The position numbers and the translations under genes are program-made. This document shows positions 27,338 through 40,460 of a DNA stretch of 64,000 bases, one piece after another (within the stretch, counting starts at the first letter, position 1; the number at the start of each line of letters is the position of its first letter). Location of the stretch: NCBI GenBank assembly GCA_951406725.2, contig OX597815.1, positions 114,576,001 through 114,640,000 on the forward strand, read 5' to 3'. The notes beneath the pieces were generated by a model. The model had not been told where the DNA came from and searched no databases. It saw only the letters and a list, made by a program, of their open reading frames with translations. This stretch comes from Octopus vulgaris. Taxonomy: Eukaryota.

Positions 27338-28490
27338 GAATGTTAAGTCAAAGTACTGCCTTACATTACAAAACAAAGAAAGTTGAAACGATGTAAAACT
27401 GATAAAGAAAGAAAATACAGGAAACAAGCCAGAAAATGGACACAAGATAAATAGACAGAGAACGGAACGAAAAAATAAAGGAAGTGGAGATTGAAGAGAC
27501 AGATATCAGCATGAATCTCTAAATTCTCTGCAAGATTATTACTGATTTCTTAGGATCAGGCCAACTTCATTATTAGGAAACGGCTTCTTCGTTTTTTCCT
27601 GTAATCGTTATAGACAAGACGGTCGTTGAGATGCCAAATTAGATACCGAGTAAGTTAATAAATAAATAAATAAATAAATATACGGTGTCATATCCGTATG
27701 TGTTTAGTTTCGCTGTAAATTTAGGTTCCCATGAGAGGATTTTCGATGACTCGGAATAAGGATCGAACCGATTGGTTTCTTTGTTACATAGCAATTTATT
27801 ATCGGATGTATCTGACTCTTTTTTAAAATAGCTGGGTGTGTGTCAAGACTGATTTGACTGCTGTATAGGTCGAAGTACCACGTGTAGGCAAATCAACGAG
27901 GGAACTCTCCACTTGGTCGCTCGACCGACATGCTAAATATAGCAACCAAATGTCCTAAAAACCATACTCTTCCGTCTTTAAAAAGACAGAAACAATTAAA
28001 GAATGCAAAACGGCGAGACGGTCATAAGTTTGCTTGATAAGACTCAATCTAGGCTTAAACAACGAAAACAACCACATTTAAGCTCCCATGCGAGTTCGAT
28101 GTTGTTACTGCAGTGTTTAGCCCCAAGTATCGAGGAGATAAATGATCAAAAATTTTCAAATTATGAATCAGGCATTGCGATATTCTAAACTAATATGACT
28201 TATGTTGCGCATAATCAATTTGTATTCAGCCGACCGGCTAATTGCATCTTCAATGTTTTTTTTTTTAATTACACTTTTCCTATATTAATTATGACGGATT
28301 TTGACTTAGCATGCAGTTGCCAATGTGGACATGCTACTGACGAAGCTCACGAAGGTAGAAATGAGCACCTAACAATACCACCACCACTGCCGGACAATTT
28401 TCGTCTGCTACTGATATACATTTTTGAGTCATTTAACAATGCACGTCTATAATAGATATTATCTCAAGACGAATACTGCATATGATACAT

Positions 28491-28562
<72 letters not shown>

Positions 28563-28566
<4 letters not shown>

Positions 28567-29085
28567 TGGCTGCCCCTCGTTATCGAGTATGGCCATTGCA
28601 CGAAGCTTAATCAATGTTGTTATCGTGCAATGCCTGTGCAAGATTTTTTTTTAAGTGAGGAAAGGCTGTGCACTGAGTCAATCCCACTCACTAAAGCAAC
28701 AGCAGCCATAATCCGAAAAGAACAAGTCAACATCATCGGTAACTACTGAGCCGCAGGTTTTATGTTGGAGTTATCCAAGTTACCTGAGTTACCTTCTCCT
28801 AGAAGGATGCCCTAACAAAGGCTAGGAGTCCTTCACTCCCAATGGTTTAACCGCGCGATCGGGTATTCAATCCGATTATTTCTATGTCCCCGCGCATGAT
28901 AAAGCCTTAAGACATTTATTGGATGGCCGTTGACTCTCAAGAGTTCCTCCACCCTTTGACAGATTTTGTTTTTCATCCCGCAGGGTGTCCAATAAACACC
29001 CTCCTCACCAAGCAAACTTGGTGGGATTGCCGACGACCCGACCATGCAACAGGTTGTACTGGGTTACATGTTACCAGTAGCTTCC
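28563..29085 (-). mobile_element. Short non-coding element, possibly a non-autonomous RTE derivative
   Basis: ccttctcctagaaggatgcctaacaaaggct resembles RTE 5'-UTR motifs; minus-strand end atggccatactcgataacgaggggcagcc abuts (TA)n. Confidence 0.35.
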
Positions 29086-29539
29086 TGTAACTCTCTCTGT
29101 TGTTGATATTTGGTTTTCTTTGGTGTATGAGGATGGCCTCAGAGAACATCTTTCCGCGTATGTCCACTCCACACACGCTCACATACACGCACATTGGCAA
29201 CATTCGTCAGTTTTTTGAAAATGTGGTCATAACCCTGAAATATTAAATGCAAGATCAGTCTACATAAATTCATATTTGTTTTCTTGGGATTTGCCTTGCA
29301 TTTACTTCGCATTGTTCTAGCCATACCCACGATCCTTTATACAATATATATACTCTTGAGGCGGCATCTTTTGGATGCTTGTCTCCCTTAGATTTATCTT
29401 TTGGGCAAATTTCTTGTGTGATCAATTTGTTTGCATTATTTTGGCTTTGTTCTGGGCATGGTGTTTTTAAACTTTTGTTCTGAAGCATATTTCTTCTTTG
29501 TGAGAAGTTTGTGTGCTATATATGTTCGCGTTTAGAAGT

Positions 29540-29905
29540 GGGGCTATCTTGGTGGGGTTACAGTCGCGGATAGGGTCTCTTCTTTGAAATATTTGAATGT
29601 AAAATACTGTTTGTGTATGCAAGGAGGGAAGGTTTCAACCATAATGTTTAGGATGCTATCTGTTGATTGTATAATGTTTAATTTTTCAGTAATACAGAGT
29701 TCCCATTTGATGCCCCGTCTTCTGTATTTTTTTGGCTTTAACAATAATTTTCCATTCTATCTGGGAGTTGCTTATTCTACCTTCTTTCAATGTCCATATC
29801 ATATTTGACAAGGATGTTGCATGATTTTTGTTTTTATCTCTGAATGACGCCAGATATTGTGTATATCTTTCCTTAAACGAGTTGCCCGTCATTCCGATAT
29901 ACGTC
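29540..29905 (-). mobile_element. Penelope-like GIY-YIG endonuclease C-terminal relic
   Basis: (YIG)MTGNSFKERYTQYLASF...ATSLSNMIWTLKE...IEWKII and LCITEKLNII...LN...E...CIHK; frameshifted. Confidence 0.75.
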
Positions 29906-31168
29906 TTTACTATTCCATTGCAGTCCGTGATTTTGGCCTAGTATACGAGGCTATAGCAGAAGGTACTTTCCCAAGTACTTTACCACACAGGGGACTGAAC
30001 CCGGAGCCATGCGATTGGGAAGCAGAGTCCTCACCACACAGACACGCCTGCGCTTATATAGAAAAATTATGAATTGAAATATTGTGAGTGTTGGTGTACC
30101 GTGAGGAAAAGAGACATCTAAAACGGGTCGTAGCAGCGTATTTCGCCCAAAATTTATATTTATTAGGGAAGATATCCAGTGGCAGACCATTCATAGTCTT
30201 GGGTATCCAACGGGAAAGTATAATGACTGTTGCTACTGACAGAACCCCATAGGAGAGGTACCTTGACGACTCTCTCGGGATAGTGAGCGGAGAAAATAGA
30301 TGGATGGGTGGTAATGAATAAAGACGGAAAATAGAATTTGATAACAGCGATTGAGTGGTAGAATTGTAAGAACGTTAGATGAAATTCCTGTAGTATTTAA
30401 TACTGTCTTTTACGTTCTATATTCAGCTCCTGCTACAGTCAGCTTTGCACTTCATTCTTCAAGAGTAAATAAAATAAAGAACTGAGGTTAATTCAGTAGT
30501 CATATAAAACGTCTTCGATATGAGCAAATCATAACGGAATATTATTATGACTAAGATTGTTTTAACCATACGCTAGCTACAAGGAGTTATCTGTCCACCT
30601 CGGTACGGCATTAGAATACGCTTAGCTAACTAATTAACCAACAAGATCATTATCTAGGTACATTACAATCTTGATATCGTTTATCTGGAAAAGTATCTGT
30701 CAAATAAAGGCTGTAGAGTCGATCTATACAATATCAGGCTCTGTCTGGCATGGGTTCATCTAATCATCGCCCCTAGCCTCAAAGTCGCCTTGTTAGACAT
30801 GATATGCGCCAGAAGTGCGATACAGCGTTCACTGTTACTTCACTTCGTTCTTTCTCTCTTTCTGCCTATTTTACTATCTATCTCTCACCATTTAACTTTC
30901 TTTTAATCTTCATTACTTTTTTTTTTATTCACTATCTTCTTGGTCACTCCCGCACTCATACTTTTTTTTTAAACAATCCTTCTCTACACACTCTCATATT
31001 CCCAAACTGGTACATTTTGTGGTTTTAAATATTTTCTTTCTTCCTTTTTTCTTCTTTCTTTCTTTACTTCGTTCTTATACGGTTCTTCCCTCTCACTTTT
31101 TCTTTAATGCTCTCTTTCTTGTATTCCTTTACATTGTCTTCTCTCTTTCCCTCCCACTCTCTCTCTCC

Positions 31169-31281
<113 letters not shown>

Positions 31282-32343
31282 GTACATTCTTTCTACACTT
31301 ATTTTCTAGTTCCACCACAGCAAGCAATTGACCGAAGAACGAATATATTTATTTATACAGCAACAAAGAAGACAAAATTTGAAGACTCTAGATTCTAGTC
31401 TGTCCTGTAGAACAACAGGTCTGTTCTATAAACGTATAATTTCTGGTCTATTTAAAGGCCAGCATACTATGATTTATACGTTAGACTTTATTTTATTTTA
31501 TTTTATTTCTGAAAAAATCTCTGAGGGAAATAATTCGTATCGCGACAAAAGCCATCGTTGTAAAGGTTAAATGGGAGGAAAATACATTTACAACGCACAC
31601 ATACACGCGCGCGCGCACATATACATACATACGCGCACACGCGTGTAGATATGCATACATGCATACATACATATATACTTACGTACGTTCATACATACAT
31701 TCATACATAAACACATATGCACATACATACATACATACCCACATACATATATACATACATACACACAATACATACATACATACATACACACAATACATAC
31801 ATACATACATACATACATACATACGTACATACATACGTACGTTCATACATACATACGCACATACATTCATACATACATACATATGCACATACATACATAC
31901 ACACCCACATACATATATACATACACACACACACACACACAATACATACATACATACACACAATACATACATACATACATACATACATACATACATGCAT
32001 ACATACATACATGCAAGTAACCTTACACGAACGCATGCCACGCATGCGCACACATACAAAATACGCGAGCATTTCTGCGCGTGCGTGTATTTATGTTACT
32101 GTGTAGCTCCATGTCTCAGAACTGATCGAGAGAACATATGATCAAAAAACAGAAGCATTCCAGTTAAGATCTTCCGGTCCATTTTTTTTTATGTATAAAC
32201 TAAGCGTATCTATGATTATACCCTCAAAAATTTCCTTCCTATTTTTTTTAAGACAACCGGATATGATTTGAGAGATTTGACAGGAATTTCAAGCAACACG
32301 AACGACTGCGTAAATGCTACCTCTTTGGGTCATATTAGTGAGA

Positions 32344-32381
<38 letters not shown>

Positions 32382-32508
32382 AAAAGAATTCCAACCTTGT
32401 CTGATTTTCACGTTTTATTTACAATCTTATAATGATATATTATAAGATAATATATTATAATTGAGTAAAATAAAATGAAATAGTAGAATGTTAAATATTC
32501 ATTCTGAT

Positions 32509-32553
32509 TGAACTAGTACTTTCATGCATTGAATTCTGCAATCTTCGGGTTCA
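32509..32553 (-). ncRNA. Minimal type-I hammerhead-like motif (U4C core variant)
   Basis: tgaac CCGAAGA t tgca-gaattcaa-tgca t GAAA gtac TA gttca: stem I 5 bp, stem II 4 bp, palindromic stem III. Confidence 0.6.
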
Positions 32554-33047
32554 TGTAGTAGTGTTGACAGTCATGCTTCACAATTTTTGACTGTAGCAAG
32601 ATGAGTGATTCTGTGCTATAAATACAGCTGGGTAGGCTCCAGAGTGCTAGGTTTTGCAAACTGTATTCTGACCAATCAGTGTGTAGTATCACTCAATTAC
32701 TTAAGCTGATTGGTTGGTTGAGCTGATTGGTTTAGGCATCACGCTTTGTTGGACAGGTCAAGAGTCCTGTATCTTGACCCTGGCCGAAGCAGCAATTGTT
32801 GGGTTATTTTTAGAAATGTTGTAAATATCCTTTGTCAGAGATTTTTATATTTTTATATTTCAATTGTCATCATCATCATTGTCAGCACCTTAATTATTGT
32901 TGCTAGTGGTGATGGTGGTGGCAATAGAACTTTTAACCCTAAATAAGATAATTTTCCTGCTATCTTCGTCTTGATCACCTTTAGTATTGTTGTTGTTGTT
33001 AGTGGTCATGGTCGTAGCAGTGGAAGTAATACCTCTAAGTATTATTA

Positions 33048-34223
33048 TTATTGCTTATTTAGCTTGGGTTCGAATTTATCAATAAAATTCTTTTCTCTGA
33101 TTTTCCTCTCGATTTCACTTGGGCTGTGTAATTTGTAGAATGGAAATATTATATATATTTTCCGACCACATGTTGCTAGGTGGTTACTCAAAGGTATCTG
33201 ACGGACCTCTGGGTCTCTAATCTGTTGCCGGTGTACACGTGAGCGTTCTAATAGTGCGTTTCCCGTCTGACCTACATATATTTCTTCACAATTTGGGCAT
33301 TTGATGCAGTAAATTAAATTTCTGCTTTTGCAGTTCATATTCGCGTTTGTGAATATTTTCCCGGTTTTTGTGTTTATATATTGACCGGTATGTATGAATT
33401 GGCATGTGCCACATCGGCTATCATTGCATTTAGATACCGTGAATGTTTGGTCTTTGTTGCTGAGGTCAAATTTTGCCTTTGTTAGTAATGTTTTCAAGTT
33501 TTTAGGCTGTCTTTTACTAAGCACCATAGCTCGATCCTTGATTATGTCTTTTAATTCATTACTTTGGGCAATGATTGGAAGGTTTGCTTTGGCAATGTTG
33601 AAGATATTCTGGTGACATGGGTTGTGTGTCACTATGAATGGTATGACTTGTTCTTGTTTTCCTCTTCCTTGGGTTGTCCTAAGTTGTTGTATAGGTATTT
33701 TTATAGCCCGCTGTATGCCATTTTCTATAAGTAGAGATGGGTATTTTTGTTTGAGCAAAAATTCTCTTAGTTCTATTAGGCGTTTGTTCCTGATATTTGC
33801 ATCTTCTACAATAGTACAAATTCTTCTGGCTAGGCAGTATGGGATGTTACGTTTTGTATGTGGTGGATGGCACGACTTAAAATTTAGGTATTGATGTGTG
33901 TCTGTGTGTTTATAGTATATATCTGTGGTGATGGTGGTGTCATTTTTAATTACCATTATATCCAGGAATGGTAATTTGGTACTACTCATCTCCTTTGTAA
34001 ATTTGAGAGATGGGTGTAGGTTGTTCAGGAGGATATTGAACTCTTCCAGAGTATTTAGAGATTCTGTCCAGATTATGAAACAGTCGTCTAGGTATCTCTT
34101 CCATGCCTTTTCAATATACTTTCTAAATCCAGTGCCATAGTTTACCTCCACCTCTTGGTAGAGTTGTTCTTCTAAGTATCCCATTACAGAGTTGGCGTAA
34201 ACGGGAGCAAACCTCGTTCCCAT
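33048..34223 (-). CDS. Penelope-like RT (motif B' onward) + Cys linker + GIY-YIG endonuclease, N-truncated
   Basis: 391-aa open frame: (A)MGTRFAPVYAN, RYLDD, LPFLD, SCHPPHTK, CNDSRCGTC linker, NLIYCIKCPNCEEIYVGQT, terminal PKLN. Confidence 0.92.
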   Translation of the reverse strand: MGTRFAPVYANSVMGYLEEQLYQEVEVNYGTGFRKYIEKAWKRYLDDCFIIWTESLNTLEEFNILLNNLHPSLKFTKEMSSTKLPFLDIMVIKNDTTITTDIYYKHTDTHQYLNFKSCHPPHTKRNIPYCLARRICTIVEDANIRNKRLIELREFLLKQKYPSLLIENGIQRAIKIPIQQLRTTQGRGKQEQVIPFIVTHNPCHQNIFNIAKANLPIIAQSNELKDIIKDRAMVLSKRQPKNLKTLLTKAKFDLSNKDQTFTVSKCNDSRCGTCQFIHTGQYINTKTGKIFTNANMNCKSRNLIYCIKCPNCEEIYVGQTGNALLERSRVHRQQIRDPEVRQIPLSNHLATCGRKIYIIFPFYKLHSPSEIERKIREKNFIDKFEPKLNKQ

Positions 34224-34243
34224 CGCATATATATATATGCGTG

Positions 34244-34277
<34 letters not shown>

Positions 34278-34629
34278 ATGCGTGTGTGGCGTAGGACTTG
34301 GTCACAGCGATGGATTGGTAGAAGTATTAAAGCGTCGGGCGCAATGTTTAGCTACATTTAGCTTCTGACCTTTAGCGTCTAAGTTCAAATCCCACTCTTG
34401 TTTGTTTTATTTTTCATTCTTCCAGGATTTATAATCTATGTACCTACCAGTCACGTATTGGATTCAGTACAATCGAACTTTTTCCTCTCTCTCTCTCACT
34501 TCCAGATGATGAAGCCCTTTGACATTCTGCAAATGACTACTTACAAGAGTAAGAACAAAGAGTGCCATAGCAAAAAAAAAATGAATATGGGTGCAGTTGT
34601 AGCTATGTGGTAAGAATCCCATCATACAT

Positions 34630-34848
34630 ATTCTTTTATTCTTTTACTTGCTTCAGTTATTTGACTGCGGCCATGCTGGGGCACCACCTTCAGGCGAGCT
34701 AATCGATCCCAGGACTTATTCTTTGTAAGTCTAGAACTTATTATATCGGTCTCTTTTGCCGAACCGCTATGTTATGGGGACGTAAACACACCAGCACCCG
34801 TTGTCAAGCAATGTTGGGAGACAAATACACACACACACAAACACACAG

Positions 34849-34881
<33 letters not shown>

Positions 34882-35053
34882 TATATATACGACGGGCTTC
34901 TTTCAGTTTCCGTCTACCAAATCTACTCACAAGACTTCAGTTGGCCCGAGGCTATAGTAGAAGATACTTGCCCAAGGTACCATGCAGTGGGACTGAACCC
35001 AGAACCATATGGTTGGTAAGCAAGCTACTCACCACACAGCCACTCCTGCGCCT
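34630..35053 (-). mobile_element. SINE family 2, near full length
   Basis: Colinear with 9233-9660. Confidence 0.85.
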
Positions 35054-35756
35054 ATATATGTAAATATTGTGTGTGTGTGTGTGTGTGTTTGTTTGTGTGT
35101 GTGTGTGTGGGTGTGTATGTGTGGGTGTGTGTGTGTGTCTGTGTGTGTATTTGTGTCTCCCCACTCACCGCTTGACACGGAACGGTTCGGCAAAATAAAT
35201 CTATAGAATAAATACCAAGCTTTTAAAAAATGTACTGGAATCAATTCATTCAACTAAAGATTCCTCAAGGCGTTGCTCCGGCATGATCGCAGTCTAATGA
35301 CTGAAACAAGTAAAAGATAAAAGATAAAAATGAAGATCGCGGTAGTAAATACTTGCCAATTTGGGTGTTGGGCTCAATAAAACTTAAACAATATCTTTTA
35401 TAACTATGAGTATAATTATAATTAGGGTTCAGCAAAAAAAATGGACCGAAAATGGTCCTTTTAACATGCCGAATACTACTTGGTGGAATTATTAATTATT
35501 AATTAATTAATCAATTTTACCCTTTATTATTATTGATAATATAATTATCAATAATAATAAACTGATAATAAACTAGTTTTTTCTGTAGAATTTTTTACTC
35601 GACAACACACCTGGGTGGATGAGGGAGAATACGAGACCTCATTCGTATGTTTTGAATTCGTTGGTATTGGTCATTGGATATAGTTTGTATGATGTTACTT
35701 GAATCGGATAGGTATGTTCAATTTTTTCAGTGCTCTCAAATTTAAAATCTTGAAAT

Positions 35757-35840
35757 ACTGTGCTGAAGAGGAGAATGATCGAATGGAAATGTGATTTTTG
35801 CATTTTTCATATCTATCTAACTCCGAAACGCGTCCACAGT
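35757..35840 (+). ncRNA. Minimal type-I hammerhead ribozyme (Penelope-type)
   Basis: actgtg CTGAAGA ggag...ctcc GAAA cgcg TC cacagt: complete conserved core, 6-bp stem I, 4-bp stem II, palindromic stem III; predicted cleavage after C35834. Confidence 0.85.
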
Positions 35841-36027
35841 TAATCAAATGCCGAGTGAATTTCGTTGTTTTTCCTCTCTGCCTACGTGAGTTGCTTTGAG
35901 TATATGTTGTCTGGGAGTTTCTTCTTATAGTAGAAGAAATAGCTAGGTTCTTTGGCTGCTATTTCTAAAGTTCGGTATGTGGTGAAGCAAATTTTTTTGC
36001 TGAACCTTAATTATAATTATGCTCATA

Positions 36028-36077
<50 letters not shown>

Positions 36078-36946
36078 GACTGTCTTCTTTCAGTTTCTGT
36101 CTACCAAATCCAGTCACAAGGCTTTGGTCGGCCCAAGGCACTTGCCCAAGGTGTTATGCAGTTGGACTGAACCCACAACCATGTGGCTGGGAAAGAAGCT
36201 TCTTACCACGCTGAGAGAGAGAGGTGGGGAGAGAGGTTCTTTCGAAAGCAAGGATTGTCGCTTTTGTTAACTGCTACGCAATAAAGTTTGTTACAAAATG
36301 TAGTGACACCCTTTTGTTAACTATAAAGGATTCAATGGCTAAGTTGACCTGGTAGAATTTGAAATTGAACCATAAAATCTAATTGGATGGTGTTATCTGT
36401 ACACACATTTCCCGACCTTAATTTAAGTGCATTTCTTCGAACAATCCCTGTGGTACGTATTTAATTCATTGTTAATTAATAAAAGCTTCTGTGTTTGTAA
36501 ATTTCCTGACACATACAGACCAACTAAGAACTTTGCAACATTATAACCAGACCTCGTGTCTAATTAGTTTTGTTGGGTTTTTTTTTGTTTGTTTGTTTGG
36601 TTTTTTTTTTGTTCATCACAGGTGAACACTCATCAAATACTTTATTCTTTGAAACATTCAAAGATGAGGTGCTAATTTAAACACCTTGTATGAAATTTAT
36701 TTCGACGTAAACATCGCCAGAAATTGATCACATAATTTGATTTGTCTATATCTTCGTCAGACTTGAATAAAACCTTCATCTTTAAGAAAAAACAAAATGT
36801 GTATACTGTATGTAATGCTGATATTATTGAGGCGAAATAGTTGACTGAATGGAGTAAGAGACCACCAGCTAATTAATAATGTGTTCGAACACATTACAAA
36901 AAGGTTGATGGCTGGTTTTTCGCAAGGTTAACACACTCTAAGAATA

Positions 36947-38238
36947 CGAGGAGGTACCCAAAAGTAACCGGAAATGTTCTCTGTGGGACAAGCCCATTCT
37001 AGTTCAGACTTCCACCGCAAGAAGCCAGTTGATGCAACCTTCAGGCACCAACCTACCAGCTGGCATCGTTGGGTGATGTCGTACTGCCACGTGGTGCGTT
37101 GCAGTGCTTCTCCTCTGTTCGTCGATTTTTGCGATAGCTGAAATGGAGGAACAGCATGCTTCTGTGAAATTCTGGGGGAAATGGCGGCCGAAAGAGTTGT
37201 CATGCTTCAAACAGTTTACAAGGACGCTGCCATGAGCAAAAAATAAGTTTACGGTGGTTTTTACGCTTTAGGAATTTGTCGCTTTGAAGACCAACCTCGT
37301 TCAGGACGACCTTCGACCTCCCGAACGAAGGAAAAATCATGAAAATTCATGAACTGATCTTGGAGGACCGCCACCGAACAATTGACGAACTTGATATGAC
37401 TAGTGTGTTCTGGAGCTCTTGGCAACGAATTTTGAACGAAGAATTGCGAATGAAAAAAGTTGCAGCAAAATTTGCACCTCGCTTGCTCACAGAAGATGAA
37501 AAGCAGTCATGACTGAAAGTGTGTGGTGAACTGAAAGAACAGTTGGAAGTTGATCCGGATCTTTTTCGAAGGTCATCACTACGAAATTTGCAGATGTGGA
37601 AGAGGTGAAGAATAAAATGGTGGAGGTGTTAAAAGGCATCACTTCTCAAGAGTTCCAGCGCTGCTTCGAACAGTGGAAAACGCGTTTGGACCGATGCATT
37701 GCTTCAAATGGAGAATACTTTGAAGGTGATAAAAGTGTAAACATACATACAATTCTATTTCCTGCTGAGGAAAACGGCGGCCGAAAGAGTTGTCATGCTT
37801 CAAACAGCTTACAAGGACGCTGCCATGAGCAAAACACAAGTTTACGAAGTTTTCACGCTTTAGGAATGAAGACCAACGTCAACCTCCCAAAAGAATGAAA
37901 ACGTGATGAAAATCCATGAACTCATCTTGGAGGACCGTCACTGAACAATTGACGACTTTGTTGATATGACTAGTATGTCCCGGAGCTCTTGCCAACGAAT
38001 TTTGAGTGAAGAATTGCGAATGAAAAGAATCGCAGCAAAATTTGTCAGTCATTACTGAATGCATGTCGTGAACTAAAAGAATAGTTGGAAGTTGATCCGG
38101 ATTTCTTTTCGAAAGTCATCACTGGTGATGAAAGCTGGTGCTACGGAATTTGCAGATATGGAAGAGGTGAAGAAAAAAAAAAAACGACGCAGGCGTTAAA
38201 AGGCATCACTTCGCAAGAGTTCCAGCACTGCTTCGAAA
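36947..38238 (+). mobile_element. Mariner internal-deletion derivative, tandemly duplicated
   Basis: TA followed by TIR cgaggaggtacccaaaagtaaccgg; unit 1 to ~37742 (FEQWKTRLDRCIASNGEYFEGDK), unit 2 ~37765-38238; same family as 18033-18670. Confidence 0.85.
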
Positions 38239-38733
38239 CGTTTCTACCAGCTCGCCGCCTTGGTACCCCTTCATACTACATGAAGTAGAAATCTGATAAA
38301 GGACACAAGAACTCAAGCGTATCGAAGAAAATTTTTCATTTCATTATCTGCAATTTAAAAAAGAAATCCCTCCTCATATATTTTATTTATTTTGAATTAC
38401 GAAAGATTTGGTAAATTTAGCTGAATAATCATGAACAACCAATTTAGATGTCATTGCTGGTGCAGATAATTAATTTATTCGCATCATGCAACAGCTTAAT
38501 ATCTTTGTACTTAATGACACAGAGCAATATTTATGGTTTTCATTTTACATCATACGGTGTCAAGACCCGAGAATGATTTAAGGACCTATGGCAGGGAATA
38601 ACGTATTTATTGACAGAACGATGGATTGGTTGAATCAGTAGAGTAATAAATAAAATGTTATGCTGTAATTAGTTATGCCTTTTTATAATCTGAGTACAAA
38701 CACTCACACACACACACACACACATACTACACG

Positions 38734-38783
<50 letters not shown>

Positions 38784-38869
38784 TAGATATATATTAAATG
38801 ACCTCAATATTTGTCCTCTGTTCCCAACGATATTGAGATCTAACTCTTATCACATGTGTTTTGTTTATA

Positions 38870-38945
<76 letters not shown>

Positions 38946-39033
38946 CATACATACATACATATACATACATACATACATACATACATACATACATACATAC
39001 ATACATACATACATACATACATACATACATACA

Positions 39034-39064
<31 letters not shown>

Positions 39065-40164
39065 TCCGTCCAAATGGTGTGCAACCTTCTGTGTTGTTAT
39101 TTTTAGTTGGATTCGCATCTGTGTAACATCATTTCTAGAAGACTTATGAGAGGGAAGGAGAGAAAAAGTTGTGTGGCTTTGAATAAGAATTATAATTATT
39201 CTTTGAAGCCGCTCGTTTTTGGACTCCGTTGTAGAATGATGTAGTTTCATTGTATACTGCTCTATCAGAAATTATTGTGGAGATTCGCCAGCTTAAGTTA
39301 CTGATTAAATTTATTATTAGCGAAGTTGGTCTGTTGGTTGGTTGTTTGGTTTGTTGGTTCGTTCGTTGTACAAAAATTCTAACTGAGAAATCAATGACGA
39401 CCTCAGTCAACAGGGAGGGCATACTTCACATCTTCCCCAACTGATTGACCTTTTTAATAATGTTTTCATACAGAAATCCTCAGTTAATAGGTGCTTAAAT
39501 ATCCACTTGATTACTTGCGCCTAAACAACAGTATGAATTTAATTGCATGATTGTCTATATACACACACAGTTACACACCGTGAAAAAATACGAGAGTGTG
39601 TAATGCGAGTATTATATAAGTGTGTGCCTATGCATTTATATGCGTGTTTAAGCATCTGTGTAGCTGTGTGTGTATGAATATTGTGTGTATGCAAACACAT
39701 ACACATATTATATACATGGTGACTTTTCCAACTCCACACGAATGGAACAGTAAAAAGAAACCTGGTAAGATTTTGTTGAGAAATACATTGGTGCTGTTAT
39801 CACCCTCACACTCTTTCGCTGCAGGAAGAGATAATTTTACAGCGACTGACACATCATTAACGATAACCAATCATAGCAAAAGTAATTGAGAACAGTAGTG
39901 CCTTCATCCCTACTACCATTATCATGATCCCCAGTATGGGCTTTTATGGGCTTTTTTGTTGTTACTGTTTTTGTTTTAGCAATTTGCTCAGGAGATGAGG
40001 GGTAGGCTTTTCAAGAATAGTGAGATTGAAACAATTGAAGCTCTGCCTGAATAGTTACAGGACAATGTATATGAAGAAAAAATTGGATGGAATGCTTCAG
40101 AGTGAACTCTACTAAAGCAAACAAGGATCTAGTGAGGTGAGAGTTAATGGTAGCGGCGGTGACG

Positions 40165-40460
40165 GTGAGTGGCGGCAGCGACGGCGGCAGCGACGGCGTC
40201 TGCATCGGCGGCAGCGACGGCGGCCGCATCGGCGGCAGCGACGGCGGCAGCAACGGCGGCAGCGACGGCGGCAGTGACGGCGGCAGCGACGGCGGCAGCA
40301 ACGGCGGCAGCAACAGCGGCAGCAACGGCGGCAGCAACAATGGCAGTGACGGCGGCAGCAACGGCGGCCGCACCGGCGGCAGCGACGGCGGCAGAGACGG
40401 CGGCAGCGACGGCGACAGCGACGACGGCAGCTACGGTGGCGAAGGCAGAGGCAGCGGTGG
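40165..40460. repeat. GC-rich 12-bp minisatellite (ggcggcagcgac)n
   Basis: Directly visible; ~20 variant units. Confidence 0.95.

Larger units (their letters stand above)
32380..34226 (-). mobile_element. 5'-truncated Penelope-like element (Neptune-type) in a (TA)n tract
   Basis: RT + GIY-YIG ORF followed by a ~670-bp 3' region with CCAAT boxes and a hammerhead-like motif; (TA)n on both flanks. Confidence 0.9.

Noticed and set aside
31588-32141. Long HTYI/MYVC-type ORFs (also 10.5-13.7, 22.7-23.4, 38.8-39.2 and 52.2-53.6 kb)
   Set aside because: Translations of (CATA)n/(CA)n/(TA)n microsatellites.
36690-36765. Further hammerhead-like fragments (minus CTGACGA...GAAA here; also ~28335 and ~41400)
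   Set aside because: Stem I or the GAAA-NUH segment is missing or too decayed to support a call.
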